In this document: piece by piece, positions 1 to 9,038 of the stretch | Layout of the letters: each line of letters starts with the position of its first letter | How positions within the stretch are numbered: the stretch's first letter is position 1 | DNA from: a virus | Strand: one strand, 5' to 3' | IMG/VR virus record: IMGVR_UViG_3300022680_000058 | Coordinates: 64,001-128,000 of that record | Length of the DNA: 64,000 nt | Position numbers and translations under genes: made by a program | Notes under the pieces: generated by a model | Told to the model about the DNA's origin: nothing | Databases searched by the model: none | Seen by the model: the letters and a program-made list of their open reading frames with translations, nothing else

Positions 1-300
1 CTGTCCCTCAAAGAGTTCCACCATATCGTCTTTGAGCTGTGGCCAGAGGGACGCACCAGTCTCACCGAGGAAATATGGATCTGTCAGGAACTCTCTGATA
101 CTGACCGGAGCTACACGATACTCGATGTCGGCGATGGACCTGTAACCCTTCGTCTCGCCAACAGCCAGCTTGTTGTAGATTTCAAGGACAGCTTCTCGCT
201 CCTCTGGTGGGAGCCTTTCAATATCAGCAAGGAGGAGATCTTCCTCTTCTTCGTCAGTCCTGGTGGATCTGACCCTGCCATTCACATCAAGGATAGGCAC
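1..300 (-). CDS. terL: Terminase large subunit, N-terminal part (runs off the window edge)
   Basis: Hand translation from GTG at 300: MPILDVNGRV...YRVAPVSIREFLTDPYFLGETGASLWPQLKDDMVELF. The PVSIxEFxxDPYxLG...LWP stretch resembles the segment preceding Walker A in large-phage terminases; the ATPase motifs lie outside the window. Confidence 0.7.
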   Translation of the reverse strand, partial: MPILDVNGRVRSTRTDEEEEDLLLADIERLPPEEREAVLEIYNKLAVGETKGYRSIADIEYRVAPVSIREFLTDPYFLGETGASLWPQLKDDMVELFEGQ

Positions 301-305
301 AAGTG

Positions 306-1001
306 CTACTCGTCGCCCGCCGCCTTCTGTGGGGCTTCTAGCTCGGCTTTTTCAGCACGCCTCTTGATCCTCTCGACGATAGACACGACTCGTCGCCGAG
401 CGTCTGGCTTCTTCAAGACCTCAGCCGTCTTCTCACTGTACTCCCCGACGTCGATCTTACCTTCACCCTGGCCAGCTCCTCCGAGGGCCTTGATCGCCTC
501 TCGTTCCTCTTTGCCATGCATCTCGACAAGCCTCGCCGCAGAAAGGATATTCCTGTCCGTGATGTCAAACGGGACGCCGAGCTCATTCTCTTTCCCGATG
601 ATCAGGTCTATCCTGTCCCGTTGAGCAAGATAGAGGCACTCCAACTCAATCATACGGTCCATGGTTTTTCGCTGCTTCCCATAGACACTCTTAGCGATCG
701 TCCCTGGCCTTCGACCTTTCGACGGCACTATCGCCGCCAACCTGTCGTCGAGAATCACCTCGCCATTGACAGGCTCGACAACCTTCTTCCGCCTCTCGGT
801 TATCACCTTCGTGAGAGCTTCGACAGTCACATCAGTAAGGCACTCAAGGATGTCCTGGATGAACCTCGCCACGTCTCTGGACGAGACCCCCTCCTGGAGC
901 ATGTCATCGATATCTTCGATATTGCTGAGCTCTCCAAGCCTCATCGCTATCGAGACACGGTCTGATTTACTGAAGGTTGGCTTTTCCGTCTTTGTCGTCA
1001 T
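306..1001 (-). CDS. Putative terminase small subunit / helical DNA-binding protein
   Basis: Directly upstream of the TerL candidate; helical and charged with an N-terminal HTH-like stretch. Start placed at MTTKTEK because a promoter sits at 1015-1043. Confidence 0.4.
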   Translation of the reverse strand: MTTKTEKPTFSKSDRVSIAMRLGELSNIEDIDDMLQEGVSSRDVARFIQDILECLTDVTVEALTKVITERRKKVVEPVNGEVILDDRLAAIVPSKGRRPGTIAKSVYGKQRKTMDRMIELECLYLAQRDRIDLIIGKENELGVPFDITDRNILSAARLVEMHGKEEREAIKALGGAGQGEGKIDVGEYSEKTAEVLKKPDARRRVVSIVERIKRRAEKAELEAPQKAAGDE

Positions 1002-1014
1002 CGTTCCATTAGAC

Positions 1015-1043
1015 ATTATTGACAAAGCCGGACTGTACGTCAA
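1015..1043 (-). promoter_or_regulatory. Sigma70-like promoter
   Basis: TTGACG-N17-AATAAT on the minus strand. Confidence 0.55.
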
Positions 1044-1492
1044 GAAGAGTAGGCCTGCTCAATACCACCCACGTCTGATGGACATCATGGAGCTCTCCAC
1101 CACCGCATCAACCACATCATCAACGCCTTCTTCGTCAACGCCCCCTAGGTCATCAAAGATTCTTTGCTCAACGAGGTCTCTGACACAGGCGATCAAGTCG
1201 GCCTTGTGCTCAGGATACTTCGTGAGCCATTCGTCAAAAACTCTCACTCATCCCTGAACCGCCTCCTACTCAAATTCCTTGTACTCCTCCAAAAGAAGCT
1301 TGGCGTCCCTGTGACACCGGTTTCCGACCGACACCAAAATGTCGACCGAAAGAGCCACGTAATGGTCATCTGGCCCGGAAAATTTCACACCATTGACAGG
1401 GTCAACCCTAGTCTCGATCAGCTCAAGAGCTCTCTGTTCTGACTTGTCTCTGATTTTCAACAACAATTCAGCACGATCTTTGTCCGAAAGCA

Positions 1493-1993
1493 TCACTGAC
1501 CTCCCATCCTTCTGTTCCTCTTCGCAACAGCACACCGCTTCCTCAGCTTGCCGAGCTCTTCAAGCTCGATGTTCAAGGAGCGCAGCTTCCCCAGATACCT
1601 CGCCTCCTCCTGCTCCCTAAGAGCATCCACATTATCGAGCCGATGCTTGATGAGCTCCTCGGCATCAAACACGTCGAAAAATCTCCCCAAGAGAGACCTG
1701 AGGGTCTCTCCCTCGACATCATCTGACGAGAGTGGCCTGTGTCCACGGACCAAGATATCCCCGTTGGGAGAATCCAACCTGAACCTTGACAGGTCCACAA
1801 TCGGAACGAGAAACGTTTCACACCTCGGGTCCTCGATTCTGGCTGTCAGGAAATACCGGTCGCCGAGGTCTTTCCTGATCATCACGACTCGGCATTTGAA
1901 ATACTCCCGAGATATAATCTGATTGACCATCCAGCCGCTCCTCTCGACGACTTCCCTGATCTCTTTGTGGGTCATGCTCTTTCTTTTAGACAT
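1493..1993 (-). CDS. Hypothetical protein, paralog of 1995-2444
   Basis: MTHKEIREVVERSGW..KDLGDRYFLTARIED aligns with the neighbour's MTYEEIKKFVKEHGW..KDLGNRFRLEARVED. Confidence 0.7.
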   Translation of the reverse strand: MSKRKSMTHKEIREVVERSGWMVNQIISREYFKCRVVMIRKDLGDRYFLTARIEDPRCETFLVPIVDLSRFRLDSPNGDILVRGHRPLSSDDVEGETLRSLLGRFFDVFDAEELIKHRLDNVDALREQEEARYLGKLRSLNIELEELGKLRKRCAVAKRNRRMGGQ

Positions 1994-1994
1994 G

Positions 1995-2444
1995 TCAGCC
2001 CTCTTGCTCCCCCAGCTTGTTGAGGGCCTTGACCTCGGAATTGAGCTTCTGGATGGACTTGGCGTGCCGGTCTTCCTCTTCCAAGATCAGCTCGTCCACC
2101 TTCTTCTTCCCAATCTTGGCGAGCACAGAGACATCGAACTCACCGAAAAACATCTCCAACACGGGACGAAGGGGAACCCTCGCGATGTCGGCGTGAGTGA
2201 GAACCTTGTGATCCCACACCAAAAGATCACTGCCGGTGCTGTCTTCCCGCCGCCGCAACAGGTCCACTGTCGAGCCAACAGCATCCTTATATCGACCATC
2301 CTCAACCCTGGCCTCCAAACGGAACCTGTTGCCGAGGTCTTTGCTCATGTACACGACATCGATGATAGGGTTTCCATGCGAAACGACCTTTTCGAGTTCC
2401 CACCCATGCTCTTTGACGAACTTCTTGATCTCCTCGTATGTCAT
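1995..2444 (-). CDS. Hypothetical protein, paralog of 1493-1993
   Basis: Start at MTYEE with upstream GGAG; aligns with the neighbour. Confidence 0.7.
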   Translation of the reverse strand: MTYEEIKKFVKEHGWELEKVVSHGNPIIDVVYMSKDLGNRFRLEARVEDGRYKDAVGSTVDLLRRREDSTGSDLLVWDHKVLTHADIARVPLRPVLEMFFGEFDVSVLAKIGKKKVDELILEEEDRHAKSIQKLNSEVKALNKLGEQEG

Positions 2445-2686
2445 CCTGCTCTCCTTCTCCCGCGTGTCAGACTTCGTCCTCGTACAAGTCGAACACCATC
2501 TCTCTAGCTTCCATCTCTGAACGGTTGATACCGCCAGGGATCGGTGTTGTCTTGAGCTCCTGCAACTCCTCCACGGCTTCACGAGCGACAATGGCAGCTC
2601 GTACTGCACTACGACCCCACGCGATTGCCGCACCATACGCCGCCGCCCAGACCGCCTTCTCTTCTCGTGTCATGGTTTCCTTCTCC

Positions 2687-3943
2687 TCAATCCGCCGCCC
2701 GAAGTGGCTCACCCGCCGGACCACTGAAGTGCCTAGCGACCGCCTCAGTCTTCCGCCACACAGCCGAAGCCCTATGGGCATATTTCGACCAGTAGCAGTC
2801 GACTATCTGAACCGCCCAGTCGTTACGGGCGAGGCTATCGCCTTCGAGTTCTTCCCGTTCCGCCTAGAGCCACTCCCTCGCATGATTCGCTGCCCCACGG
2901 GGCACCGGAACACCAAACAACTCTGAAAGCTCCTTGATGAGATCTCTTCGCTTCGCAATAGGGAGCCACGAGTCGATTTCTTCGACCACATTGTCAGTGT
3001 AGTCCCCGACGCCATCCACACCCTCGCTCCATGCTGCCTCACAGGCTTCCTCAGCCACGTTATCGAACGTGATGACATATTCACGAGGGCCGTTCTTTCC
3101 ATTCCTGACAGCCGCCCCAGCGATGGCAACCGAGTCACAGAAAATCTGGGTATTGGGGCTCACCGACTCGATGGCGCGGAGTGTCAACGAGAACTTCGAC
3201 CCGCGACTCTTGGGACCAATACCAAGGAGGTGAACCCGAGCAGGCTTGACCTCGGCACAGAAGTCTCTGATGTCCTGAACGCTGGTAGCATCCTTCTGCA
3301 TTGGGAAGGCACAAACGAAGTCGTCAAACCCGAGGAATTCCACCGCATAGCAGTGGAACTCGACGAGCGGGATTTGACCCTTCTGGTGGGGAACAATGAT
3401 GTTTGCCCCGAACTCTCGACAGCGACGGACTCTCTCGGCGTAGGCTTCGAGCCTGTCTAAGGTCTCCCACTGGTGAGCAACCTTGTCCGGCGCAACGATG
3501 AAAAGCTGACCACCGAGCCGCTTTGCCAACCGCTCGTAAAGGTCGAGAATCTGGCGCCAGTCCTCATCGAAGATTGGAGCCACCGTGTAGGGACCGTTCT
3601 CGTCGAAGTCGACCTCCGAGTATGCCCCCGAGTCAACGAAGACCCGCCGACCAGTCCCAGCGAGCTCATAGAGCGCCTCTTCACAAGACCGAATGGCGCC
3701 CTCTTTCGTCGACAAGAGTTCACCAGCAGTGACGCCCACGTCGATCCCAGCCTGGTGGAATCCTCTGACGTCCCCGACTCGCGACGAACCCGAAGCGAAA
3801 TAGACGTAAGGGTTGGTGACTTCCAGTGGTATAAGCGCCATGTCCGACCTCGTTTCCTCGACCATATGCAATGTAGACATATGGTTTGCGTTTGTCAACT
3901 GGCCGAACAGAGAAAGTTGCTCTTTTCTTTTTGAGATCGTCAT
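2687..3943 (-). CDS. TGT/DpdA-like (tRNA-guanine transglycosylase fold) protein with an in-frame TAG at 2864-2866
   Basis: Motifs VFVDSGAYS, VAPD, VPHQ, VHLLG and CDS occur in TGT-family order; the frame stays open for 58 codons after the TAG, to TGA at 2687. Confidence 0.55.
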
Positions 3944-3952
3944 GGCTCCAAC

Positions 3953-3965
3953 CAAAGAAACTTTG
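3953..3965. promoter_or_regulatory. Palindrome family C (CAAAG-N3-CTTTG), copy 1
   Basis: ACCAAAGAAACTTTGGT immediately upstream of the RBS of the TGT-like gene. Confidence 0.6.
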
Positions 3966-4315
3966 GTAACTTTTTGCTTTTTTGAAACCAGAATGATTTC
4001 AATGTGTTATCAATTTGAAGTTTCAAGTCTCCCGCTTAAGGGATCTAGAAATTTCCGAGTGCTCTTCTTCGGTCGGTGCAGGGAGCTTGCTGATCGTTCG
4101 GTTGAGGAATGTGATGTCATCTTCGAGAGAGGCGATCTTGCGGTGGAGGGCTTCGAGCTCCTGGTGGAGTTCCGGCAACGTGAGCTGTCGGCGTCTCCAA
4201 TCCTTGATCAGCTCATCGAGGTCTTCGGGTATTCGGAACCTGATCGGGTCGCCCTTGGTCCGTTTCTCGAACTCCTCGACCCGATCAAGCCACATCTCTT
4301 TTCGGCGTGTTCCCA

Positions 4316-4783
4316 TCACCATTCATCGCCTTCGTCATCGCCCGGCTCAATGATGGCCGCATACTTGTTTGGCTTCTCGATTATCGAAGCTTCATCGACC
4401 ATGCTGCCAAACGAACGAATGATGACAGCCGAGACACTATCTCTGATCGTGCCGCCCAACACACTCTCAGAGCTCATGATGATACAGTTCCTCAACCAAG
4501 CATCGACAAGGGACTCGTCATTCCTGTTCCCAAGGAACCGCTCCAGGTAGAGGTGGACGATGTTATATCCCACCAGCTCGACGAACCTCTCCGTGAAGGT
4601 GCACTCGAAAAACTCCGTGGATGACCTACCATCGAGATCAAGCTCCAAAACACCCTTCTCGGCGAGGGCCTTCGCCACCCTCTTGTCTTCCGGGTGGAGC
4701 TCCACACTCGAACTGAAGTCCCCCTCAGAGTCACGGATCAGCTCACAGAGCATGTTGTGTTGTGCTTTCGTAAGGTTTATCAC
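4316..4783 (-). CDS. Hypothetical protein
   Basis: ORF with RBS in a tightly packed operon; possible wHTH at the N-terminus. Confidence 0.6.
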   Translation of the reverse strand: MINLTKAQHNMLCELIRDSEGDFSSSVELHPEDKRVAKALAEKGVLELDLDGRSSTEFFECTFTERFVELVGYNIVHLYLERFLGNRNDESLVDAWLRNCIIMSSESVLGGTIRDSVSAVIIRSFGSMVDEASIIEKPNKYAAIIEPGDDEGDEW

Positions 4784-4786
4784 AGC

Positions 4787-5164
4787 TCACCTCTCTCTCG
4801 ACGCCATGTCGTGTCCGAAGAAAATCGAATGGTTCACAAGAGCATTTGTGAAGTCAGAGAGCTTCAGCTTGCGCGCCATCCTTTTCTCGAAACATTTGGC
4901 GTGCAGGATCTCCTTCTTCCCAGCGAACTCATTCCACAGCTCATCGTTGACGTGGAAAAGCCAATCGATCACCTCCCCGCAGTCATCACACTCAGCCACG
5001 CCAGGGGCGTACTTGAACATGTTGCTCTCGTCCTCAGGCATGATCTCGAATCTGATGGAGAACTTCTCCACCCCAAGCTTGTGGGCGATGACCACCACGA
5101 AGAAGAGAAAGTCAACAATCTTCTGGTTCTTCGGTGTCCACCTGATCTGCTTTACGTACTTCAT
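4787..5164 (-). CDS. Hypothetical protein with CxxC...HxxC
   Basis: CDDCG...WLFHVNDELW...LHAKCFEKRMARKL, a small Zn-binding phage protein pattern. Confidence 0.6.
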   Translation of the reverse strand: MKYVKQIRWTPKNQKIVDFLFFVVVIAHKLGVEKFSIRFEIMPEDESNMFKYAPGVAECDDCGEVIDWLFHVNDELWNEFAGKKEILHAKCFEKRMARKLKLSDFTNALVNHSIFFGHDMASRER

Positions 5165-5225
5165 CCTGCTCCAACTCCTCGTTGAAGAACCTGTTCACGG
5201 CATCCATGAGCCCGATCAGGCATGC

Positions 5226-5981
5226 TCACACTTCAATCCCGGTGTAGTCATCCTGAGAGATGAACTGCTGCTCGATGGATGCTAGAACGCCGCCCACCGC
5301 ATCCCACACGACACCATGTGGAGCTCCATAGAGACCCCTGAACTCTCCATCCAAGGCGCCAGGACAGAGAGCCGCCTTGATGCGAGACTCACCAGCCGCT
5401 GCCACAAGCCGCTGCTGGTTCTGAGCGAGACCCCGAACACTCCAGGGCAGGACGTGATCGATCTCGCCGTCGAGAGCTCTCAAAAACTGGGGACTCTGGT
5501 AGGGCGTCATCGACACATGACCCTCGACGTCGAACCCAGCATCACACATGGTCCAGAAGGCATTGACGACCCACTCTCCCACGTCACCCGGAGACCCCGT
5601 ATAGCAGTGGATCGGGGCAATCAGATCGAACTCCACCTTGGGCATGGAGACTGACGCCGTCCCCACGACAGCACCGTTCTCTGTTGTGGGTCTATCGACC
5701 TGTGTCGTCCCGTGGAGGTGCCCCATGGCGAGCACAGTCCAGTTCCCCGTGTGTGTCGCAGAGATACAGGTGTGCCGCTCCCAGCACCCCGCCCGAGCCG
5801 CCTGTCGATACCCATTCTTGAGCTTCACCGAGATACCCTCGACGTTGATGTCCGCCTCCTTGCCGAGGATCGGCTTGCTCAGCAAAGCACAGCGAGGTTG
5901 CCAGTCATCTTCACCCTCGAAAAGCTGATTCCAGATGATCTCGTTGGCACTCTCTTCCGGAACTCGTTGCTGTCTCTCCAT
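5226..5981 (-). CDS. Hypothetical protein
   Basis: Long ORF; start at MERQQ with GAGGAG RBS. Confidence 0.6.
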   Translation of the reverse strand: MERQQRVPEESANEIIWNQLFEGEDDWQPRCALLSKPILGKEADINVEGISVKLKNGYRQAARAGCWERHTCISATHTGNWTVLAMGHLHGTTQVDRPTTENGAVVGTASVSMPKVEFDLIAPIHCYTGSPGDVGEWVVNAFWTMCDAGFDVEGHVSMTPYQSPQFLRALDGEIDHVLPWSVRGLAQNQQRLVAAAGESRIKAALCPGALDGEFRGLYGAPHGVVWDAVGGVLASIEQQFISQDDYTGIEV

Positions 5982-6193
5982 CTCCTCAACCCTCCTTCTC
6001 GCTCTCGTTGATATCGAATGACGTCTTGGCAAAGATTTCGTGGGCATCCGTGTCAGAGCAACCCCCCCAAGTAGCACCTAAAAACTCTTCGATAACATGT
6101 TTTGTGAGCAAACTGATGCTGTTGAGAACTCCACCCACAAGCATCTCCTTCGCCTTTATTCTCACACAGGATAAGTCTGTCAGTAATGAAAGT

Positions 6194-6216
6194 AAAGATC
6201 TCAAGTTGAGATCTTT
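6194..6216. promoter_or_regulatory. Palindrome family B (AAAGATCTCAA-G-TTGAGATCTTT), copy 1
   Basis: Perfect 11-bp inverted repeat; identical 23-mer at 39431-39453. Confidence 0.7.
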
Positions 6217-6231
6217 GATAGGTGGGAAAAG

Positions 6232-7935
6232 CTACTTGACAAGTCCGTGTTGCTTGAGGGCTCGGACGAACATGTTCCAGTCCTTCGTCCCGCCGATGGC
6301 ATCCATGATCTCAGCCTTGGTTGCCCCGGCTGCTGCCGCCGCGTCGGTCGCCTTCTTGATGGTCTTCAAGTCATCCTTGCTGACGTCGAGCTTCCAGATG
6401 ACATCGAGAGCTTTCTTGTAGCTCTTCTTGCCCTCGGTGAGCTCCTCACCGTAACTCTCATCGCTCTCGACCAAACCGGCCTTTTTGAGGGCTCGAACGA
6501 ACGTGTTCCAGTCCTTCGTCCCGCCGATGGCATCCATGATCTCAGCCTTGGTTGCACCAGCCGCTGCCGCTGCATCCGTAGCCTTCTTGATGGTCTTCAG
6601 ATCATCTTTGCCAACTTCGAGCTTCCAGATGACATCGAGAGCTTTCTTGTAGCTCTTCTTGCCCTCGGTGAGCTCCATGAGCGGGTCTCCCCCGGCTCGC
6701 TCCTCGTCTTCGTTCATCTTCTTGTGGTATTTCGAGGCGCGAGACATCGCCGAGCGATACTCTTTGGCGGTGAGCCCTGGGGCCTTCTCGACAGAGGGGG
6801 TCATCATCTTCCCCTCGTTGGTTCCGACGTGAACCGTCACACCGCGCCCGCCGACGTCGACCACATAGATATGATCCCGATATCGTCCAGTCTTCTGATC
6901 GGTCCGAACAAAGGTGACGCCCTTCCCCTTGGCCTCACCGAGCATATCCATCTCTCTGAAGATCTGAACCGTGGCATTCCACCTGTCAGCACCTCCGACA
7001 GCTCCGATGACGTCATCACGACTGTTACCAGCCCTGAGCGCCGCATCGATGGATTCCTTCAGCTCGCCGGGGTCGTTCCCCTGGAACATCGCCCTGTTGA
7101 CTCTCTCCAGTGTTGGATTCACGTTTCCCTCCTGAATGGCAGCCCTTCCAGCGCTCGTGATCTTCCACCTGTCGGCGCCTGGGGCGGTCCTCACGACGAG
7201 ACCGGCCTGCTCCATGACTGCCAGTTCTCGACGAACAACATTCTTGCTGACGCCAGAGCTTTCCGCAATGGACGTCGCCATCAAAGTTTCTTTGACACCC
7301 TTAGCGAACACCGACAAGATCGTGCCGATGTTTGTTGCCTCGGCTCCTCGCTCGTCCTGCTCGTGCATCCGAGGAGACGCCATGTCCGAGATGCTCTCAG
7401 CCTCCCGTTTGGCATCGAACATGAGATTCGCCATCTTGGCCAGGTAGCCCTTGTCTGGACCAGGAAGAGCATCACGAGACATTCTCTGGTAGTTGACTCC
7501 AGCAGAATTGAACCCGATGGCGATGGAAGCCATGAGCGAGGCGAACTCTTTTTGGTTCCTCGGCGCCACGACCCGAGGATGTGACGTGGCATCCATCGGG
7601 ACGTGTTTTTGCAGCATTTTCACGAGTTTTTGTGTTGGTCTCCTGACCATTGAGTCCGGAGAAGAGGCATTGAGAGCGACGGTGAGAGCATTGTAGACGT
7701 CAGCAAAGACCGACCTGGGCTCCGTTCCGGTAAAACTCCAGGACTCAGAAAGTTTATGTATGGGTGTTCTCTCATCGTTCTCTGCTGCATCCAGCCAGAA
7801 CGCGAGCGAGTTGAGTCTATCCTCCGGGGTAACTCCTTCGAGAGCGTACCTACCGTTGGCTTTACCCAGCTCCATCCTGAGCAGGTCTTCTATGATGGGG
7901 AACTCTTGTTCTTCTTGGTGTTGATGTTGTGCCAT
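6232..7935 (-). CDS. Modular protein (wHTH plus three helical repeat modules), putative capsid-internal polyprotein
   Basis: wHTH (IAESSGVSKNVVRRELAVMEQAGLV); modules bounded by L/I/M-x-E sites (IQE, LGE, LTE, LVE); start at MAQHQHQ. Confidence 0.6.
   Translation of the reverse strand: MAQHQHQEEQEFPIIEDLLRMELGKANGRYALEGVTPEDRLNSLAFWLDAAENDERTPIHKLSESWSFTGTEPRSVFADVYNALTVALNASSPDSMVRRPTQKLVKMLQKHVPMDATSHPRVVAPRNQKEFASLMASIAIGFNSAGVNYQRMSRDALPGPDKGYLAKMANLMFDAKREAESISDMASPRMHEQDERGAEATNIGTILSVFAKGVKETLMATSIAESSGVSKNVVRRELAVMEQAGLVVRTAPGADRWKITSAGRAAIQEGNVNPTLERVNRAMFQGNDPGELKESIDAALRAGNSRDDVIGAVGGADRWNATVQIFREMDMLGEAKGKGVTFVRTDQKTGRYRDHIYVVDVGGRGVTVHVGTNEGKMMTPSVEKAPGLTAKEYRSAMSRASKYHKKMNEDEERAGGDPLMELTEGKKSYKKALDVIWKLEVGKDDLKTIKKATDAAAAAGATKAEIMDAIGGTKDWNTFVRALKKAGLVESDESYGEELTEGKKSYKKALDVIWKLDVSKDDLKTIKKATDAAAAAGATKAEIMDAIGGTKDWNMFVRALKQHGLVK
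6240..6676. repeat. Tandem intragenic duplication with 231-bp (77-aa) period
   Basis: ELTEGKKSYKKALDVIWKL...GGTKDWNxFVRALK occurs twice with near-identical DNA. Confidence 0.95.
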
Positions 7936-8687
7936 TGGGTTGTATCCTTTTCGCCCCCGATTTTTGGTTACAGGGTGAAGCCGTAGGATACATTCTACAC
8001 TATGGGCACCAGAGTTGTTAACGCAGTCTGCTGTGTGTCGCCCCGAGGATTCTCCGGAAGTCGTCACCAATGGCTTGGAAGTCACACCTCAAAGCTTCTT
8101 TTGTGGTGGTCCCACACAGAGAGACACGACTTCGCCGCCGCCGCCGCCGCCTTTTTGGCGTGAACTCAAACCCCTGACAAAAAACACTCAGGAACCCTCT
8201 CCAGAAGGCTTTCATGGTCACTCCCAGTTCACGAGGTCTTCATCTTCGAGTTCGATAAGCATCCCGTGTCGTACAGGACATGGTGGGGCAGGTTTCACGC
8301 CCAGGATACAGTAGGGGTCCTCGCCCGTGTCCTCTTCCTCGTCACGAGGGGCACTACACCACCAGCCATCGTGCCAGAACGAGAACGGACAGCTCTCCGC
8401 ATCCTTGACCTTGATGTCTTTCTTCAGGTCTCCCATCACACCAAGCCTGTCTCACGTCGAGGCGATAGCTTCCAGCTTTGACGACGCGACGGATAGATCC
8501 GCCCGCATCTGTTGAGGAGAAATCGACCTGATTTCGCTCACAGAGAGTTGTGGTGGTATCCCATCCGGGAACTCGTCAGTCTCCAGCCCCTGGCTATTGA
8601 CTGTTCTCGGCCTCTTGAGCTCATCGATGAGCCGCTCCAGGATCTCGATAGTCTGCTCCATTTCTTCGATGGCGAGCTCCCTGCTGA

Positions 8688-9038
8688 TCAACATCCGTCG
8701 CCCCCTTCCTCTGGGATTGACCCCAGGTAGCTCATGGAGTAGTTGGCACCCTGCTTCACAACCCCGAATCGCCCGTTGACGCGCCCCTTTTTCAGAGTGG
8801 TCGCCTCGACCATCTTGAGGAACTCAGAGACCTTCATCGGGTATCTGCCACCACTGAGCTCATCCACCAAATAGACGGTTACTGCCGAGCGCCCCCGAGA
8901 AAATCCCTCTACTCTCACGTTGAGGTCGAAAGTCGAGTCCGCTGGCAACGTGTCATGAGGAACGTAAATCCCCTCTCCAGCGTACTCCATAACGGAGCCA
9001 TTTTTACGAACCGGAATCTTCCACGCCTTCTTTGGCAT
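8688..9038 (-). CDS. Hypothetical phage protein
   Basis: ATG abuts the upstream stop codon; beta-rich (RGRSAVTVYL...GVVKQGANYS). Confidence 0.65.
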   Translation of the reverse strand: MPKKAWKIPVRKNGSVMEYAGEGIYVPHDTLPADSTFDLNVRVEGFSRGRSAVTVYLVDELSGGRYPMKVSEFLKMVEATTLKKGRVNGRFGVVKQGANYSMSYLGSIPEEGGDGC

